In this document: positions 51,991 through 64,000 of the stretch, piece after piece | Layout of the letters: the number at the start of each line of letters is the position of its first letter | Position numbering within the stretch: the stretch's first letter is position 1 | Assembly: GCF_009834535.1 (NCBI RefSeq) | Contig: NC_045707.1 | Location: forward strand, 54,438,001 to 54,502,000 | Length of the DNA: 64,000 nt | From: Camelus ferus | Taxonomy: Eukaryota | Direction of reading: 5' to 3' | Notes under the pieces: model-generated | Databases searched by the model: none | Seen by the model: the letters and a program-made list of their open reading frames with translations, nothing else | What the model was told of the DNA's origin: nothing | Position numbers and translations under genes: made by a program

Positions 51991-53664
51991 GGAAGAGTGA
52001 ATTAGAAAAGGAAAGATTCACATTAGCTGGAGTAACTGAATAAGGATCATGCAGGATATGATTCAGACGGAGACACAGGATTTAGGTGGAGAAGAGGGGG
52101 CAGGGCCATTAGGGAAGGACATCTTTGCACACACTTGGTAACAGTGAACACGTCACTGGTATCGGACACATCTTTGGTGATCCTTATTTTTAGGCTTCAG
52201 TAGGCAGAGAAATTAGAATCCTTGAAAGTTAAAGCCTTGTTTTAACTAGCTCATAATAGGACCGAAATATATGCATTATATTCTCTTTGTTTTAAAATGT
52301 TCTTTTATAAAAATATTTTTTAACAACTGGAAAAGGAGCAGCAATAAATTCTACTTTAAAAAGTTACTGCGGTAGTTCAGCATGAGATCACTGAACTAGG
52401 CGGGAGGCACTGAGAATAAAGAGAGAGAAAGAGGTATGAGAACATTTTTAAGAAAAAAATAACAAAATTCAGTGGCCTAATACACTAGATTAAGAGAAGA
52501 ATGGTTCAGACTTAACAACTGGATGACAAGAAAAATAGTACAGCTATGATTAAAGCAGGAAAGTTGCATGGCTCTTTGGGGAGCAAGATGAAATGTTTGG
52601 CTTTGGAAATGTTTAAAGCAAAATATCCAGTGTTTTATAGGAGAAATAAGGCTGGAGCTTAGGGAGGATGTCAGGTGGGTAAATTCACAGAAGAAAAGAA
52701 GAGAGAGAGAGAGAATAGAAGACTGAGGACTGGATTTAAGGTCCTAGTGGTCCAAAACTTGCTTTTAGCGTTTTCAATAATAGAGATAATAGGATTTGTA
52801 TTTAAAGTCAGTAATCTAGAATGGTAATGTTTTTTGACAGCTGCATATACACTCACTGGATGAGATTATAAATTAACTTGCTTAAAGCTATTTACTTTAG
52901 TTATTTCTGGGCATCGTGGCTTTAGTGAGGAGACATGCCAGATGTAATTTACATTATGTAGGTATTAAGGACAAATCTTGTGATGTTGCTGGCTTATGGT
53001 TCAGAAAAGTTTTTTTTTATTTTTAAAAAATTCCCTAAATTATGCTTCTTAATGATTACTTGTTCAACGGGGTTTTATTTTGGATTAATTAATTTCAGAA
53101 CCTAATATTTTATGACTACACTTTACATGAAAGACATGAAGACTGTTAATTGGAGATAATTTGCTAACTATTGGTTCAACATAGGAAGCACTGTAAAACA
53201 TATTTCTAGAACTTGTTTTCATAGTAATTCACTGTTCTTTACTGAAAATATTTGAAGTCAAGTAGAGTAAAATATCCAAGCGGTGTTGAGAATTTTAAAG
53301 AAAAATTTTGTTTAAAATTATTTACAATGTAAGTGTATATTATTTATTAGCATATATTATTTATTAAATAAATATTTTATTTATTTATTTAATAAATAAA
53401 TATTACTTATTAAAATAGATACCTCTTCTTCCTCCATTAGAATGTAAGAGCAGGAACAGACTATTGCACCTGTTTTTATTACAGACTAACAATGAGTTGC
53501 TCAATAAATAATAATTGAGCAAATGAATGCATCTTTTACCGTCTTTACTATTTCAATAAGAGATAAATAACAAAGCTATGAGATATTCATGTTTTATGAA
53601 TTTTTATAATATGTGAGGCACAATAAGAAAAGATCATATTTCTACCTCAAACTAGACTTTTTTC

Positions 53665-54600
53665 CAGGAAGGTTTATTTTGAAAATTATCAAGCTTAAAG
53701 AAGAGTAAAGAATTTTACAGTAAATAAACTTGTACCCACCACCTAGATTCTATGATTAGCTTTTTACTATACTTGCTTTCTGACATAATTATCTAACCAT
53801 CCCACTATCCGTCTATTAATCCATTTTTTGATGCTTTTCCAAATAAGCTGCAGACATCAGAACCTTCCCCCAAGTATTTAAGCATGTATGGCATAAACTA
53901 AAATTTTATAGAATTTTTTTTTCTTTTGAGATAAATTTAACTACAATGAAATGCAAAAACCTTAAGTGTACCATTCAGTAAGCTGAAGTACCATTCACAG
54001 TACACACTCTTGTGCAACCCCAAATTTCTATCAAGATATGGAAGATTACTAGAACCCCAGAAGGGTTCTTCATTCTCAGTCAATTCTGTTCCCACCACCC
54101 CAGAAACAGCCATTGTTCTTTTCCCCCGGTTGATTAGTCTGTCCTGTTCTAGAACTTCATGTAGATCATGCAGTCTGCACTCTTTTGTGTAAGAGCCCTT
54201 TCACTCAGCACTACGTGTTTGAGATTCCAGTTTGTGGTTCCATTTAATTTTATTGCTGAGTAGTATTCCACTGTATGAATAAGCCACAATTTATTTTCTC
54301 TCTTCTCCTGTTGGTGCGTGTCTGGGCTGTTTCTAGTTTTAAGCTATAATGAGTAAGTTTCTACGACCATTCTTGTATATTTTTATGTGTGTGAACATGT
54401 TTTCATTCCTCTTCAGTAAATTCTGGCCCTCCAGGTAGGTATATGCTTAATGTTACAAATATTGCCAGACCTTTTTGCAACGCGGTTGAACCACTTTCCT
54501 TCCACTCCCACCAATAAAGCATGAGAGCTGAGTTGGGTCTACCTTCTCATTCCGTTTGATGTTGTCAGTCTGTTTTTAACGTTAGACATTCTGACAGATG
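53665..54600 (-). mobile_element. Old L1 3' fragments (L1MC/L1MB-like), antisense
   Basis: tgtacccaccacctagattct, ttcactcagcactacgtgtttgagattc, ttattgctgagtagtattccactgtatgaata. Confidence 0.75.
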
Positions 54601-54849
54601 TAAGATTTGTTAAATGACACCTGTACTCCTGGATTCTTCTCCTATAGGTCACAGACACAGTGTTTCATTCTGGTTAGAAAGACACGCACAATCCTAAGAA
54701 ACTGATGATTCTTTTCCCCCTTCCTTTATGCCCCCATCTGCAGGACACCACAGACAGTCTTAGAGGGTTTTGTTTTTTGCTTTTTGGGTTTTTTTTCTCT
54801 AAGAATCACAAGGGAACATGAAATAAGGAACTTACTCTACGTGAGGCTG

Positions 54850-55350
54850 CCCCTCCTCAGACTCTGGACTCCCATTAGGATTCAAGAAGGAGCCCAGAAG
54901 ATCTGTGCCCTCCATGTGAGACCACCCCCTGCCGGCCTCGACATCATCACTGTCCAGCAAAGACGGGGAGCCCAGAGCTCTGCGTGTTCCTGGCGAAGAA
55001 TATCTCCTTCCCTCTCCTGAACACTCTTCACAGCCTCAGCATCACCAGCTGCCTAGAGATGATGAGAACTCCTTTTATCATGTCATAAACATGGGATTAC
55101 TTCCGTCACAACGAGGCGGTAAGGACATCTAGGCTGTTTCTCGTCCTCTCAGCTCCATCCCCGTGTGGTCCTATGGGCAGCGAGACAACTATAAGACAAC
55201 ACGTGTTTTGTTTGCTGTTTGGATCCTGCACTAGGATATAACCTCCATCACAGCAGAGATGTTTTTTTGTTTTTGTTCACTGCTGTATCCTCAGTGCCTA
55301 GAGTCCCTGACACATTGTACATGTTTAACAAGTATTTGTTGAATGAATAA
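54850..55350 (+). mobile_element. L2a 3' end
   Basis: Ends tgttcactgctgtatcctcagtgcctaga...aagtatttgttgaatgaataa. Confidence 0.7.
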
Positions 55351-55479
55351 ATTGCCTCTGGCAAAGAGTTTCCTGTCCTGCAATGGGAAAAACTTTGATT
55401 CTTACATGTAAATGAGAGAACCAAATATAAAAGTGTTTCCTGAGGGCCACATGTGGCTGCATGTAGAAGAGAGCAAGCA

Positions 55480-56109
55480 TGCAGATAGGCGTAGGCCTTG
55501 GCTAATGGGATAGTTTTGCAGGAGCAAAAGAACCTAGCATTAAGTGGCAGACCTCACTGTACACTCAGGGGCTGCAAGATTAAGGAAGAAGCCACAAAAG
55601 AGAAGAGAGAAGCATTTGCTCAGATAGAGGGAACCACATATAAATAAAGGAGCTTATGAAGAATGCACAAACATAGCTAAAAGGGACGTTGTCGGTTTTA
55701 AATACCTGGTAAGTGCATACAGGATGAAGCCAGGATACAAGAACACCCACCAAGTAAGCCCTGGCTCCCTCCCCTCACTCTCCTGCTTCCCTCTATTTCA
55801 ACTCAGAGGAATCAGAGCTGTAATGAAAAGGAGAGCTGGTACCCAAGGCAAAAGGAGAACTGGCTATAACCTGGAATGAAATCAACAGCTTTGATTCATA
55901 CATAGAACCAGATGTTCTAAATATTCAACTGATGCTCTTTCGTGATTTAAAGAGACAGGAAAATTTAATTATCTAAAGATAAGGTGTAAAATCACGAGAT
56001 TGACCATATTTTCATCCAGAGGCAAGAAAGAACTCCCCTACAGAGGTAAAAACAAATATGCTTTCTGATTACTTTTTATGACACCCACTTGTTCAATGTA
56101 TTGATTACA
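55480..56109 (+). mobile_element. Old LTR (LTR78/79-like), boundaries uncertain
   Basis: Ends acacccacttgttcaatgtattgattaCA; overall layout recalled from LTR78/79-type elements. Confidence 0.35.
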
Positions 56110-57196
56110 AGAAGGACCTCCAAAATCCAGAGTTACAGAGGTCATGACCCAGTTCTTTACCCTGGTGATGTGGTAGAGTCTATCATGGAAACAAGGTTTC
56201 AGAATAGAGAGATTTTTTTTTTTTTTTTTTTTTTTTTACCGTTTTACTATAGAAGTACAAGCTTGCTATATTCTCTTCTATGATTCAAAGAGAGGATTAC
56301 ACTCAGGTATATGTGGACTGACACTATATTTTTAAAGTAATTTTTGGATTATGTATTTTTGGTAGTTAAGATTTCCTTAAAAAGTAAAGCAGTTGTCAGC
56401 CTGTGCTTTGACACAAGATAATGAAAGAAATTTGTTTTAATAATGCATTTTAAATCAGACAACAACTAAGCCTCATCAGACAATTGTTCTGATTTATTAA
56501 ACTCATCTTCCTACATATGAACTAACAGTTGAGAAAATACAGAATACATCTAACATCTCGAAACTGTTCTCAGAAGAAGTAAATTTATGAAAGATAGGTA
56601 GATTGATAGATAGAGGAAAAAAAACGTTTAGAGTAGGTTTGATCTGATTAATAAAAACTTCTAGAAGATGGGAAGAAACCTTAAAACTGATAACCTCCCA
56701 TCACAAATTAGGACTGCTTTAATTGATCTTCCATCCACCTGGGATGGACAATGTCTTAATCTCTACCCAATTCTTCTAACTCTCCCTAGGATGGAAACGG
56801 TCATCACCTGGGTAAACATTCCTTGCACGTTACATCTCTGTTGGACATAGCCAGTTCAGAGATGACGTATGCTGGTACCCATGAGAATCTTCCACTGGGA
56901 GATCAAACAAGACTAGCAAGGACTGGGGTTTATTGTGTGAGTGATAACGGGATTCCTAGCTTTTCTTTATTTTCTCTACACATCAATGAATGCTATTCTC
57001 CATTTTTTTTGTAAAAGTACATGGATAATACTAGATAGTATAGTTTCACCATAGAAGTGAACCAAGGAGAGTTAAAAATCACAGAAGTACTTTCAGAAAG
57101 CATTCAAACACTATCCCCAGAGATCACAATCCTCAGTAATCCGGATGTACCAAATTTCAGCTAGAATAACAATGAGCGTGGTACTTGGTTTCCAAA

Positions 57197-57646
57197 GGTA
57201 GCAGAAGCCAATTCCATTCATCTCTCCCACCTGCTGCCCCTCCCCTGAGGAGGTGAAGGTTAGGTCCCCTGCCGTTGAATGTTGGCTGCGCCTGTTGCCA
57301 CTTTAACCGACACAGTGTGAAGGAAGGAGTGCTCTAGGACTGGTGAACTCCCAAATTTAAAAACCTTGCCTTGCCACTCCCTCTTCATTTTTTTTTAAAG
57401 CACTGATTCCAACATGAAAAACATTTAGGTAGATCTGCAGAAGGAAGAGAAACTGGGTAGAGGAGCAACCAGGAGCCAGACATCCAGTCACAGGAGCCAT
57501 TTGACGATACTTGATTCCAAGTAAGACCAGTTAAGTGCCTATCTGGGCCCCACCAACGCAAAGAATCTGAAATACAACAAAACCATTGTTGTTGTAAGCC
57601 GCTATATTTTGGGTGGTTTGTTACACAGCAATAGACAACTGAAACA
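57197..57646 (+). mobile_element. MLT1G/H-like MaLR LTR
   Basis: 3' end ttgttgttgtaagccgctatattttgggtggtttgttacacagcaatagacaactgaaaca. Confidence 0.75.
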
Positions 57647-59244
57647 ATAAAGATATAAATCTTGCCTTCTCCTGAATGTATTGAATTCTATGTCTTGTTT
57701 CAATCAAACAAATCTATCTCTGCTGAGGCCTTAAGTATCAATGACTTTTTAAACTGGCTCCTGAGTTTCACATGTGACATCTCATTTACCTAAAGCACAT
57801 CCACAGGAAAATCTTCATCCCCTATACACCATGACAAAATCGACTACAATCTCCCCTTTTCCCTGAGACCAACAACCAAACTGAGTGAACACCCACTCTA
57901 GTTACGCACATCGCTATCAAACAAGGCCATGTGGAAGCCGGCAGCCTGACAGGACAAAGCCATGAAAGCTTACCCCACTTGTCTGGAGACTGCGTACCAG
58001 AATTAAAAGGATGATACCATGCGGTTGCACTTTGTGCAGATCTGAACCTTGTAAATTTGAGCTCATGTGATATAAAATACCAAGTCTCACTTTGTGATAC
58101 AAATCCCACAAATAAAAATAACTCTTACGAATCACATGATTTCAGAGGTTACTGACTGCTCTTTATAAACTGAGTTTACATTATTGCCACATGATGGGGC
58201 TACATTAGCTGGTGAACAAAAAGGCCTATTATCATCAGGAAAAGATCATCCGGAAGTGTCTGGGTTTTCAACTAGGCAGGCTGTGAGAAGTATGATTTCT
58301 TCTGTAAAATTCACTACCCTGAGTATTTCAAGCTTTGGTGCCTAAGGTAAGAATGGAGAGGAGTCAAGAAGAGAAAGAGACAGCTTTCAACACATTTTTC
58401 GAAAACTCAATTGCTCTTTGTCTACAGAAGCACAACACAAATGTTTAAAGGCATCTCTTGGGATTCAGGAGATCTGAATAAACTCGAAATCTAGTTCTGG
58501 CACTTACCAAATAAGTGATGTCAGGTACCTTACTTAGCCTCTTTGTAAATACTTCAATAAATGGGATTCGTTCATTCTATTTCATTCATGTATTCATTCA
58601 TTCTCTAGTGAGTGTTTCTGAGTGTCTGTGATGAACCAGGCATGGTGCAATAAGAATAGAAACATGAATACATCATGATTGTTGGTATAATAGGGCTAAT
58701 AACATAGGGAACAGAAATGAGTGTAATAATCACTAGAATATACTTTACTTTAAAGTTTTATAATTTCGATTCCTTTTGCTGTTCTTACACAAACTGAAAT
58801 TCAAAATGAAAAAGACAAGCTGCATATTGACTTCATTTCTCTCATAACCTTGAAGCTATTAAGATTATCAACACACTTTCAAAATAGACTGCTTGCTTTG
58901 ATAGCATAACAGCATCCCTGTATAGCTCTGTAATCGTCAATGAAATGCTCCATAAGCTATGATATAATCACTGTGCAGAGATATTTTTCTCTTGCAATAC
59001 TCTGTGGACTTGTAGAATGGCCTCCACATAGGTTTGAACACCTCCACATTGGTGTTAAAAAACTGAATTAGAACACTTTAATAATGTCAAAATTCCTCAC
59101 ACTTCACTTTTGTTAGCAAGAATATCAGTTTTCACTCTTTTTGTGGAATCTAAAAAACAAAAAACAAAATAAAACAAAAAAAACACACAAGGTCTTGGGG
59201 ATTTAGGAGAGGTGGGAAGCGCCTTGGGAGAGGATTTGTCATAT

Positions 59245-59435
59245 GTTTCGGGTTTCACAGTGGGGTCTGCAGACTACCTGCTTCAAAAATCTTGAGGGGC
59301 TTGTTAAAAAAAAAAAAGTAAATTGGAAGGTTTATCCAGTCTTGGTGAATGAGAATTTTTGAGGCAGGTCTTAGGACTTTTTTATTTTAAGATGCTCCTC
59401 TTGTTGATTCTTACCCCAAACTCTGCGGATCACAT
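59245..59435. mobile_element. MER5A-like hAT MITE, followed by a MIR fragment (59440-59515)
   Basis: gtggggtctgcagactacctgcttcaaaa...gggcttgttaaaa...gatgctcctcttgttgattctta, then cttattttgcagatgagaaatctgaggcacagagag. Confidence 0.5.
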
Positions 59436-61774
59436 GTTCTAATCCTGCCACCTTATTTTGCAGATGAGAAATCTGAGGCACAGAGAGCTTAAATGACTTG
59501 TTAAGTAGCTTAATAAAGTTTTTTTTCTCTAAAAACCAAAGAAACAAAGAATGGTACTTTTGAATAGAGTCTAAAATGGAAAAGAAGAAAAATAAAAAGG
59601 TGTGAGAAAAACAGAGGACATTTTTCACAGTCTGCTTTTCCCACGTTTGGATCTATAATGAGTGTATTTATTCCTTTCCATTCTCCTTGGAAAATTCCTT
59701 TAGCTGTCCATGATTCAGCTGGAATTTTAAATGCTGTTGACCTAAAGTCAGTTTCAAATCATTTGACAAGTAAGACAAGTAAAGTCACAGTAAGTCTGTT
59801 CTCTCAGCATGTATCATCTGAGGCTGAATACACCACACAATCAAAACAAAGCAGAAACAGGAGGAGGAAAAACATTTTGGATACAAACAACTGAATATAT
59901 TTCAAGTCACCTGTCTCATAGGAAATCTGGGTGACACAGTACGCACTTATTAAAATCATCCTAACACTACTAGTTTTAGTTCATAATTATCTATCTTGAG
60001 ATAGTTATTATACGTTTTTTGGAATTAATCATATAATTGACTAAAATATCTTAGTCTTTAAAATCTATCTATGAAATCACCATTTACAGCTAACTCACTA
60101 GGTTCTGCTTTAGTCCATACTATCCTTATTTTTGATTAATAAGAATGTAATATGTACTTCACAAACTAGGTACAACTGATGTTTAATGATGGCCCAAGCC
60201 ATAAAGCAAGCTTTGTTGAAGGAAATTTTGAGTATGTACTAAATTTGTACAAATGAAAAATACTTTTAATACTGCTAATATATTTATTCTTACATTCCTA
60301 TTGAGGAGCTAAGCATATTTTGTAGCTATGTATGTATATGTTTTACCATCTTGGATCAAGATAAGTTTCCTTCCAGGAAAATAGAATTTTGAAAGTCTTG
60401 CCCTTTGGAAAACAATCTCTTAAGAATGTCATGCCAGTTATTTACAATACCTCCTTCAGGGGGAATGAAGAAAACAGTATATTTAAATTAGCTTAAAGGC
60501 AACTGTGACTTGGACAAAGAATGTAGGTGTTAGTAATATTATCCCATCTGGATTAGGGTTTCATGCAACATTGCTGGTAGAAATTAATTTATACTTGATG
60601 TTGAATTCTTGATGAAGTTTTAACTTGTCAAGAGTTGTAAGCTTATAAATGTGTGTTTATGGTGAAATTTTCTTCAATTAAGCCTCATAATGCTCTAGGT
60701 ATTTTATTGTTCTGAAAAGGAGATCTCTCGAACATGTTGTTTCCTGTACCCACAGGCTAATCTTCAAAGTGTACATTCATAACTGAACATTAGCCTACAA
60801 TTTTGAAATAAATCCTGTGGCATTCATTAGTTAAAACTTGTGTTATTTCCTGTACAACACAGTTTTTGTTGACATTTTTTGGAGTATAAAATGGAATTAA
60901 GGCCTTTTTCATGCCCTTTTTCTTAATTTAAAAATGTGAAGAAATCTGACATTAAACAAGATTACCAATGGAAATAAAACTAGAAAGGTTGATACACAGG
61001 TACTTCTAAAGAGCCAAGGTAAAGATCTAGTACACTCAACATTATGCATTCATGTAAGCATTTTATATCTCAAAACAATCTTACTTGGAGTCTTTTACTC
61101 ATCTTCCTTGAAATAAAAGTGTATTACTGCAATTAAATAATACAGCAATATGTAATTTTTAAATGTTAACCATAAGATTTAACAACAGGCTACTCAGGAT
61201 ACTGAACCATAAAACTTAACTAAATATGGGGAGGTATTAGAATTGTAAAAAGAATTGCGAAAACAATGATTATGCTATACTCCTTATGGGGATGAACAGT
61301 AAGTATGTCATTCTGAGAAGCATTTCCCCACCTAGTATCAAAAAACCAAAACCTGTTGATGAAGTCCTAAAGAAGTATTATTATTACTTAGATTTATTGA
61401 AAGGCTGCTGCATTTTGTGCACTGTGCTAATACTTTAAAATATTTTTGTTTGTCTTTTTAAATTTCACAGGAGCCCTGTAAGTTAGCTATGTCAGAGATT
61501 AAAAAATTGTGCTAAAACAGGTAAAAATAAGTAACTTTCTCAAAAGGGCATAGTTGATAGGAGGCAAATCTAAAATTTGAATCTGAGCCTGATTCCAAAT
61601 TTCACAAAAGGAAAATACAACTTTAAAATATAGGCATTAACTTTTATGGCAATTAATTTGAAATAAAAATATCAATTCTTTATATTATAGGCACTTCTTC
61701 AAGGAAAGGCTCTTCTTACACCAATGGGAGTTATCCTGACTGTGAAAGTAAATCATAGTTTTCATCACGACATA

Positions 61775-62030
61775 GCAGTGAGGCAGCATAACATAATGGT
61801 TAGAAATGCTGACTTAGAAGATGCCTTCAGGAGTCTAACAAGCTAAATTAAAACCCCAGCTTCACTGTTTACTAATTGTGTGACCTTAGGCACATTACCA
61901 ATGTCTAGGTGCCTCAGTTTCAATATCTATGAAATGGACCTATTAAAAATACTAATCTCACAGAGATATGGAGGATTAAGTGAGTTCATTCGTGTCAAGT
62001 TCAGTGCCTCCAGAGAGTAAGTGGGTGTGT
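61775..62030 (+). mobile_element. MIR
   Basis: cccagcttcactgtttactaattgtgtgaccttagg...gtgcctcagtttcaatatctatgaaatgg...gaggattaagtgagtt. Confidence 0.75.
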
Positions 62031-62351
62031 GCATGTGAGCTACTGTTCTGTCACACAGTGCATGTATGGTTCATGATCGTGACGTTACAGAGTAGGATAA
62101 GCCTTCATCAGATTAGGAGAGAAGGTGAAGGAAATTTGGAGTTGGAAAAAAGAAAATAGGTAATTTAGCCAATTAATGGGCTAAAGAGTGAACAATAACT
62201 CATAAAAGCAGCAGACAGAGCTGATTATGGTATTCATATTTAGTCTAGTAAATTTAATTTATTCAATAAGTATTTACAGAATGAAGTTTGCATGCCAGGC
62301 ACTATGTTAGATGTAAGAAACTTCAGAGTGAGGGAAAGAGGAATGGTATCT

Positions 62352-62690
62352 AAAAAAAAAAGAAAATCCTGCCATATGCAACAACATGAATGAACCTGGA
62401 GGACATTATGCCAAATGAAGTTAAGTCAGCCACAGAAGAATAAGTCCTGCATGATCCCACTTATGTGAGGAATCTAGAACCGTCAAATTCATAGAAACAG
62501 AAAGTGGAATGGGGGGTTCCAGGGGCTGGAGGTGGGGGAGGGAAGCAGGGAGTTGTTCAGATTTTCACTGATACAAGATGAATAACATTGTTGTACATAG
62601 TCAACAACACCTTATTGTGTACTTATATTTGTTAAGAGGGTAGATCTCATGTTAAATGTTGTCTTACCACATTTTTTTAATTGAAAAAGA
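62352..62690 (+). mobile_element. L1MA/L1MB-type 3' end
   Basis: aatcctgccatatgcaacaacatgaatgaacctggaggacattatgc...gttaagagggtagatctcatgttaaatgtt. Confidence 0.85.
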
Positions 62691-63354
62691 GATACCACCT
62701 CTGCCCTTTTAAGACTTGCAATCCAGGTTTGTATCAACAACAAAATTAAGCTCAAGTCAAAAACCTTTCTTAGTGCAGCTATGAAGTTGAGATTCACTGA
62801 GGTCTCTACCACCTGCTCAGTGCAGTTCATATCTACTGAAACTACTTATTTCTGCAGTTTAATCTAAAGAAAAACTGTCTTCTGAATAAGCCTGAATTTC
62901 AGTGAATATAGCATGAAATTACCTGAATATAAACCACACAATAGATTCAGGACAGTAAAGAAGAGTAAAATATATGGGCCAATGTGGATTTTAGTCAAAT
63001 AGCAATTGACAGTACGGTAAAAAATTAAAGATAGCAAAGATGAAAAATTATCAAATGCCTAGGCTAGAATGTTATTTTACTTTCATCCTTACTTTCAAAT
63101 GATATCTAATTTCCTATAATCTTATAGAATAAAATTGGATATAAAATTATGACCATTTCTATCATTTATACAGAAAAAATCCAAGTTGTATCTATCAAGT
63201 GGAGATTTTAAAAGTTTTAGCAATTTCTAACTGAGAAGAGAAAGCGGCTAGAAACTGACCCTAATGTTAGAAATGACAAGGTGGAAGTTGGAACTACCAA
63301 ATTAGATCAGGAACACAAGAATCTCTCTCATCATTGGTTGTCTTTTGGTTTTAG

Positions 63355-63762
63355 GTTGTGAGAGTCTAGCAGAGATTGCCAATGTCCATCAAACATCCAA
63401 GTGTTCCCTTGTAGTTCAGAGATCCCACATGTCTAGCTGGGTAAAGGTGGTGATTTACCCAATCTATTGGAATGGGAAGTGAAGTGATGGGTCACTCTGG
63501 TTTAAAGCAGCCAAGGGTAAGTGGGTCTCTTTGCATCATTTTCTTTTCTCTTCTTTGAGCTGGAGATAATTTAAAGAAGGTAGAGATGCAAGGTGGAAAC
63601 AGTCTGGGTTCTTCAGTCATTACTCAGAACAGAGTTCTTATAGAAGAACCACCTGAATCATGCTGGATGTGAAGTGAAGGAGAAATACACCATTCGTGGT
63701 AACCTCTACAATTGAGGGATTGTTTTTTGCAGCAGCTGGCATTAATTACCTTGGTTAATATA
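63355..63762 (+). mobile_element. Old MLT1 LTR
   Basis: gaatgggaagtgaagtgatgggtcactctgg...tgagggattgttttttgcagcagctggcattaattaccttggttaata. Confidence 0.55.
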
Positions 63763-64000
63763 GAGGGTTATTATCATTTATTTTAATCCAAATCTCAGGA
63801 TTTCCCTGGGGAAAGCTTTTAGTCCTTTCTGATAACTGCCTTCCTAGCCTTTGTGTTACTATGGCTGTATGATTTCTTTGTATCATTTCTGTTAATCACT
63901 AGGTAGACTCTGACCATCTATTTTAGATGATGGATCTCTCTCCCCCTTTAAATTCCCCCTGCTTATCCTCATAAAATGGGGGGAAAAATGGAGTTCTGAT

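Noticed and set aside
56213..56237. 25-nt poly(T) suggesting a retrocopy tail
   Set aside because: No recognisable element body or convincing TSD alongside.
56660..56830. Possible antisense L3/CR1 3' end
   Set aside because: Similarity is too weak to support by eye.
62510..62551. G-quadruplex-like G runs
   Set aside because: Standard G-rich tract of the L1 3'UTR.

Overview
AT-rich mammalian genomic DNA, most likely a camelid (alpaca/llama/camel), judged from a Vic-1-like tRNA-derived SINE and camelid-type L1 3' ends. It holds the head-to-head LRRIQ1/TSPAN19 gene pair. On the minus strand is the 5' end of LRRIQ1 (probable non-coding exon 1 in a small CpG island at ~5.2-5.5 kb; coding exons 2436-2576 and 1201-1312; the gene runs off the left edge). 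On the plus strand is a complete, intact TSPAN19: 8 coding exons, 12381-26448, 747 nt = 248 aa + stop, all introns GT-AG. From ~27 kb to the end the window is intergenic (in human synteny, toward SLC6A15) and dominated by L1, L2, MIR, hAT MITEs, MaLR/ERVL/ERV1 solo LTRs and microsatellites. I found no convincing new biological system. The best second-look items are an out-of-frame uORF overlapping the TSPAN19 start, an RFX X-box in the bidirectional promoter, two perfect 17-bp/5-nt-loop hairpins in TSPAN19 introns, a 3.3-kb cluster of three nested LTR insertions (one CpG-rich, one with an internal PPT and a doubled LTR start), a (TG)13(TA)56 tract and several motif-dense candidate enhancers. 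Gene and repeat names come from recognition from memory, not database searches, and repeat boundaries are approximate unless a TSD is cited.
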